This document shows positions 61,620 through 64,000 of a DNA stretch of 64,000 bases, one piece after another. The position numbers were made by a program, and so were the translations under genes. The notes below the pieces were generated by a model. The model was not told the DNA's origin. It made no database searches and saw nothing but the letters and a program-made list of their open reading frames with translations. Origin of the DNA: Octopus sinensis (taxonomy: Eukaryota); NCBI RefSeq assembly GCF_006345805.1, contig NC_042997.1, forward strand, positions 134,416,001 through 134,480,000, in the 5' to 3' direction. Every line of letters begins with the position of its first letter. Positions within the stretch are counted from its first letter, which is position 1.

Positions 61620-64000
61620 CAACGGAGAATACACCGAGGGACGTTTAAGAAGAATACAAAGGGGGACGTTTAAGAGAATACACCGGGGGACGTTTAAGAT
61701 GTAAGAACGATAAAACAGAGCTCTGAAATCTATCCACAAAGATGGAAAACAAGGACATCGTATGGAGCCAAAGATTTACTAGCAAAGGATTGGACTGTAC
61801 CCGAGTAAGTAATACTCATTGAAATTATTTTCGAATGTATTTTTTGATGTATTTTGACCCGATATCATCTCCACCTCTAACACAACACATGTAAACATGC
61901 GTGGTACATAACGATCCATCAACGCCAGATCATCCCCGACCCCAAACACCATGTACAAAGGAACTACGAAGAAATTAAATACCACCGATATTATTCAACC
62001 CAAGAATAACAATCGGGAGGTACGTACTTTAAACTTAAAACACAAAATGTACGAAAAACTACACGTGCAAAACAATGTGACAACAGAAATGAACGGACCG
62101 GTACCCTACGAAAATGACGACCGTCAAAATAATGGGCCGGACGTTGTTCTTCATGTCCCGCAAATAAAACCCAAAAGACATGAATGAACACGTGAGGAAT
62201 ACATTTCTATCCTACACGCATACTTCACAGCAGTGCTCTACCCAAAAAGTGAAAACACCACAACACATACATAAAAAATATGGAAGGAAAATAACATAAA
62301 TATAGACTTGGATACAGCAATGAACCCTAATAAACTAGCTAACGTACGAAGATACATTTTCAACGCAAAAAAATATCAGAAATAGAAATAGAACATCTAA
62401 AAGAAAAAATACACCAGGAAAATGTAGATAGAAGCCACACAACAATGCCCGATAATATAAACACTGAAACAGTAAAACACGAAGACAAACGTAACATTTC
62501 CAACAAACACGATGTAAACAAAAAACAACAACCCAGACCGTAAGGATGCATAATAATACACGACAAACAGCAAGCCAAAACACGGCAAACAAACATATAA
62601 ATAAGAAAGAAAGCGACACAAATCTAAAACCTGGAAACAACGAAGGGGAGCCTAATGATTATGATAATATAAAAAGTAGAATAATCAAAGAACTGAAAAC
62701 CACAGAGCTCAAAATGGACCACCGACCATACCTCCCAAAAATCAAAATAGACGAAACGACAACACCAATTATAAACAGCATAAACCTAACCGTCACGGAA
62801 CTAATAGCCACTGACACAAAAAGCGATATCACTGAGCTTAATGACTTAGTATACGCAGCAGCCACTGCAGCCACAAAAGAAGCTGGATACTCACTCAAAC
62901 CCATCCAAACAGGAGTACCACCACCCAAACAAACCCTGTGGATAAATAACATCCAAAACAAAATACAAAAAAATGAGAAAAGATCTGTCGATTCTTAATG
63001 AAATCAGTAGACAATCAACGCTACTGAGCAACAGAAAGAAAACAAAAATACTCCGCAAATATAACATCACAGAAAAAGATTTACCTGAGATAAAAGAAAA
63101 GCTGAAGCAAGATATCCTTGCCAAAGCACAAAGGATCCGCCGGTACGAGAAACGCCAGCGCTTCTTTGAACAAAACAAAAAGTTCAACTCCAACCCCAAA
63201 AGGTTCTACCAAGAACTTGGCAAAAATAAAATAGAAATCACTGCAGCACCAACGGCAGAAGAAGTGGAAGAATTCTGGAGAGAAATATGGTCGGCGAACG
63301 AACAACCAAAAAAAAGGAGTATCAAAACAACAAACACAGCATCTGAGCAACTTTGAACCCCCATAACAGCTGAAGAGGTCACCCAGGCACTGCAAAGACT
63401 AAGCAACTGGAAGACACCTGGACATGACAAGATTCCCAACTTCTGGTTGAAATATCTAACAGGAAAGCACAAAAAGCTGGCTGAAAATTTAACAACATAC
63501 TAGCAGAGCCAGAGACAATGCCTGAATGGCTCACGAAGGGGAAAACCATCTTAATTCCCAAATCAAATGAGACAGCAAAACCAGAAAACTACAGACCAAT
63601 AACCTGTCTCCCTACTATGTACAAGGCATTTACTGCAGTGATATCGCAATGGTTGAACAAGCACCTGGACGAAAACCACATGTTTCCAGGAGAGCAGAAA
63701 GGATGCCGCAAAGGCTCATATGGCTGTAAAGATCAACTAATGATTAATAAAGCCATAACTGAAGACAGCCACAGAAAGAAGAAAGGCCTCAGTATGGCCT
63801 GGATCAACTACAAAAAGGCGTTTGATAGCATCCCCCACACATGGATCCTCGAAACACTAGCCATTAACAAAGTAGCACCAACAATTATAAAATTCATAGG
63901 GCACTCTATGAATAAATGGCAAACAGTGCTACACCTCCAAACAAAAAAGGGACTCATGAAAACAAAAGACATCCCCATTAGAAGAGGAATATTCCAGGGA
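61620..64000 (+). mobile_element. R4/Dong-clade non-LTR retrotransposon, 5' region through RT, frameshifted; runs off the window
   Basis: PGHDKIPNFWLKYL, PENYRPITC, EQKGCRKGSYGCKDQLMINKAI, AWINYKKAFDSIPH, IRRGIFQG; preceded by (TAA)n at about 61560-61610. Confidence 0.9.

Overview
This is repeat-saturated, AT-rich eukaryotic DNA, most likely from a coleoid cephalopod (Octopus). That assignment is inferred from the SINE families, the microsatellite load and the IL-17 paralogues. The only credible host genes are two same-strand IL-17-family cytokine exons about 35 kb apart (6490-7005 and 41442-41960). Each starts at a phase-0 splice acceptor inside the signal peptide; I could not locate their first exons. 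The rest is decayed mobile DNA: CR1-type, R4/Dong-type, RTE, Tx1/L1 and Penelope-like retroelement fragments, three tRNA-derived SINE families, mariner/Tc1 elements and MITEs, Helitron/Helentron-like elements, microsatellites and many foldback hairpins. The most interesting unannotated signal is about 10 minimal type-I hammerhead-ribozyme-like motifs with palindromic stem III, including a zero-loop ACGT form that could fold only as a dimer and a core-variant family. Also notable are a SINE/LINE shared 3' stem-loop with a compensatory base change, a Tx1 element sitting in (TATC)n, and a candidate Helitron 200 bp upstream of the first IL-17 exon. There is no CRISPR array, rRNA or bona fide tRNA gene. 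All alignments and folds were done by eye.
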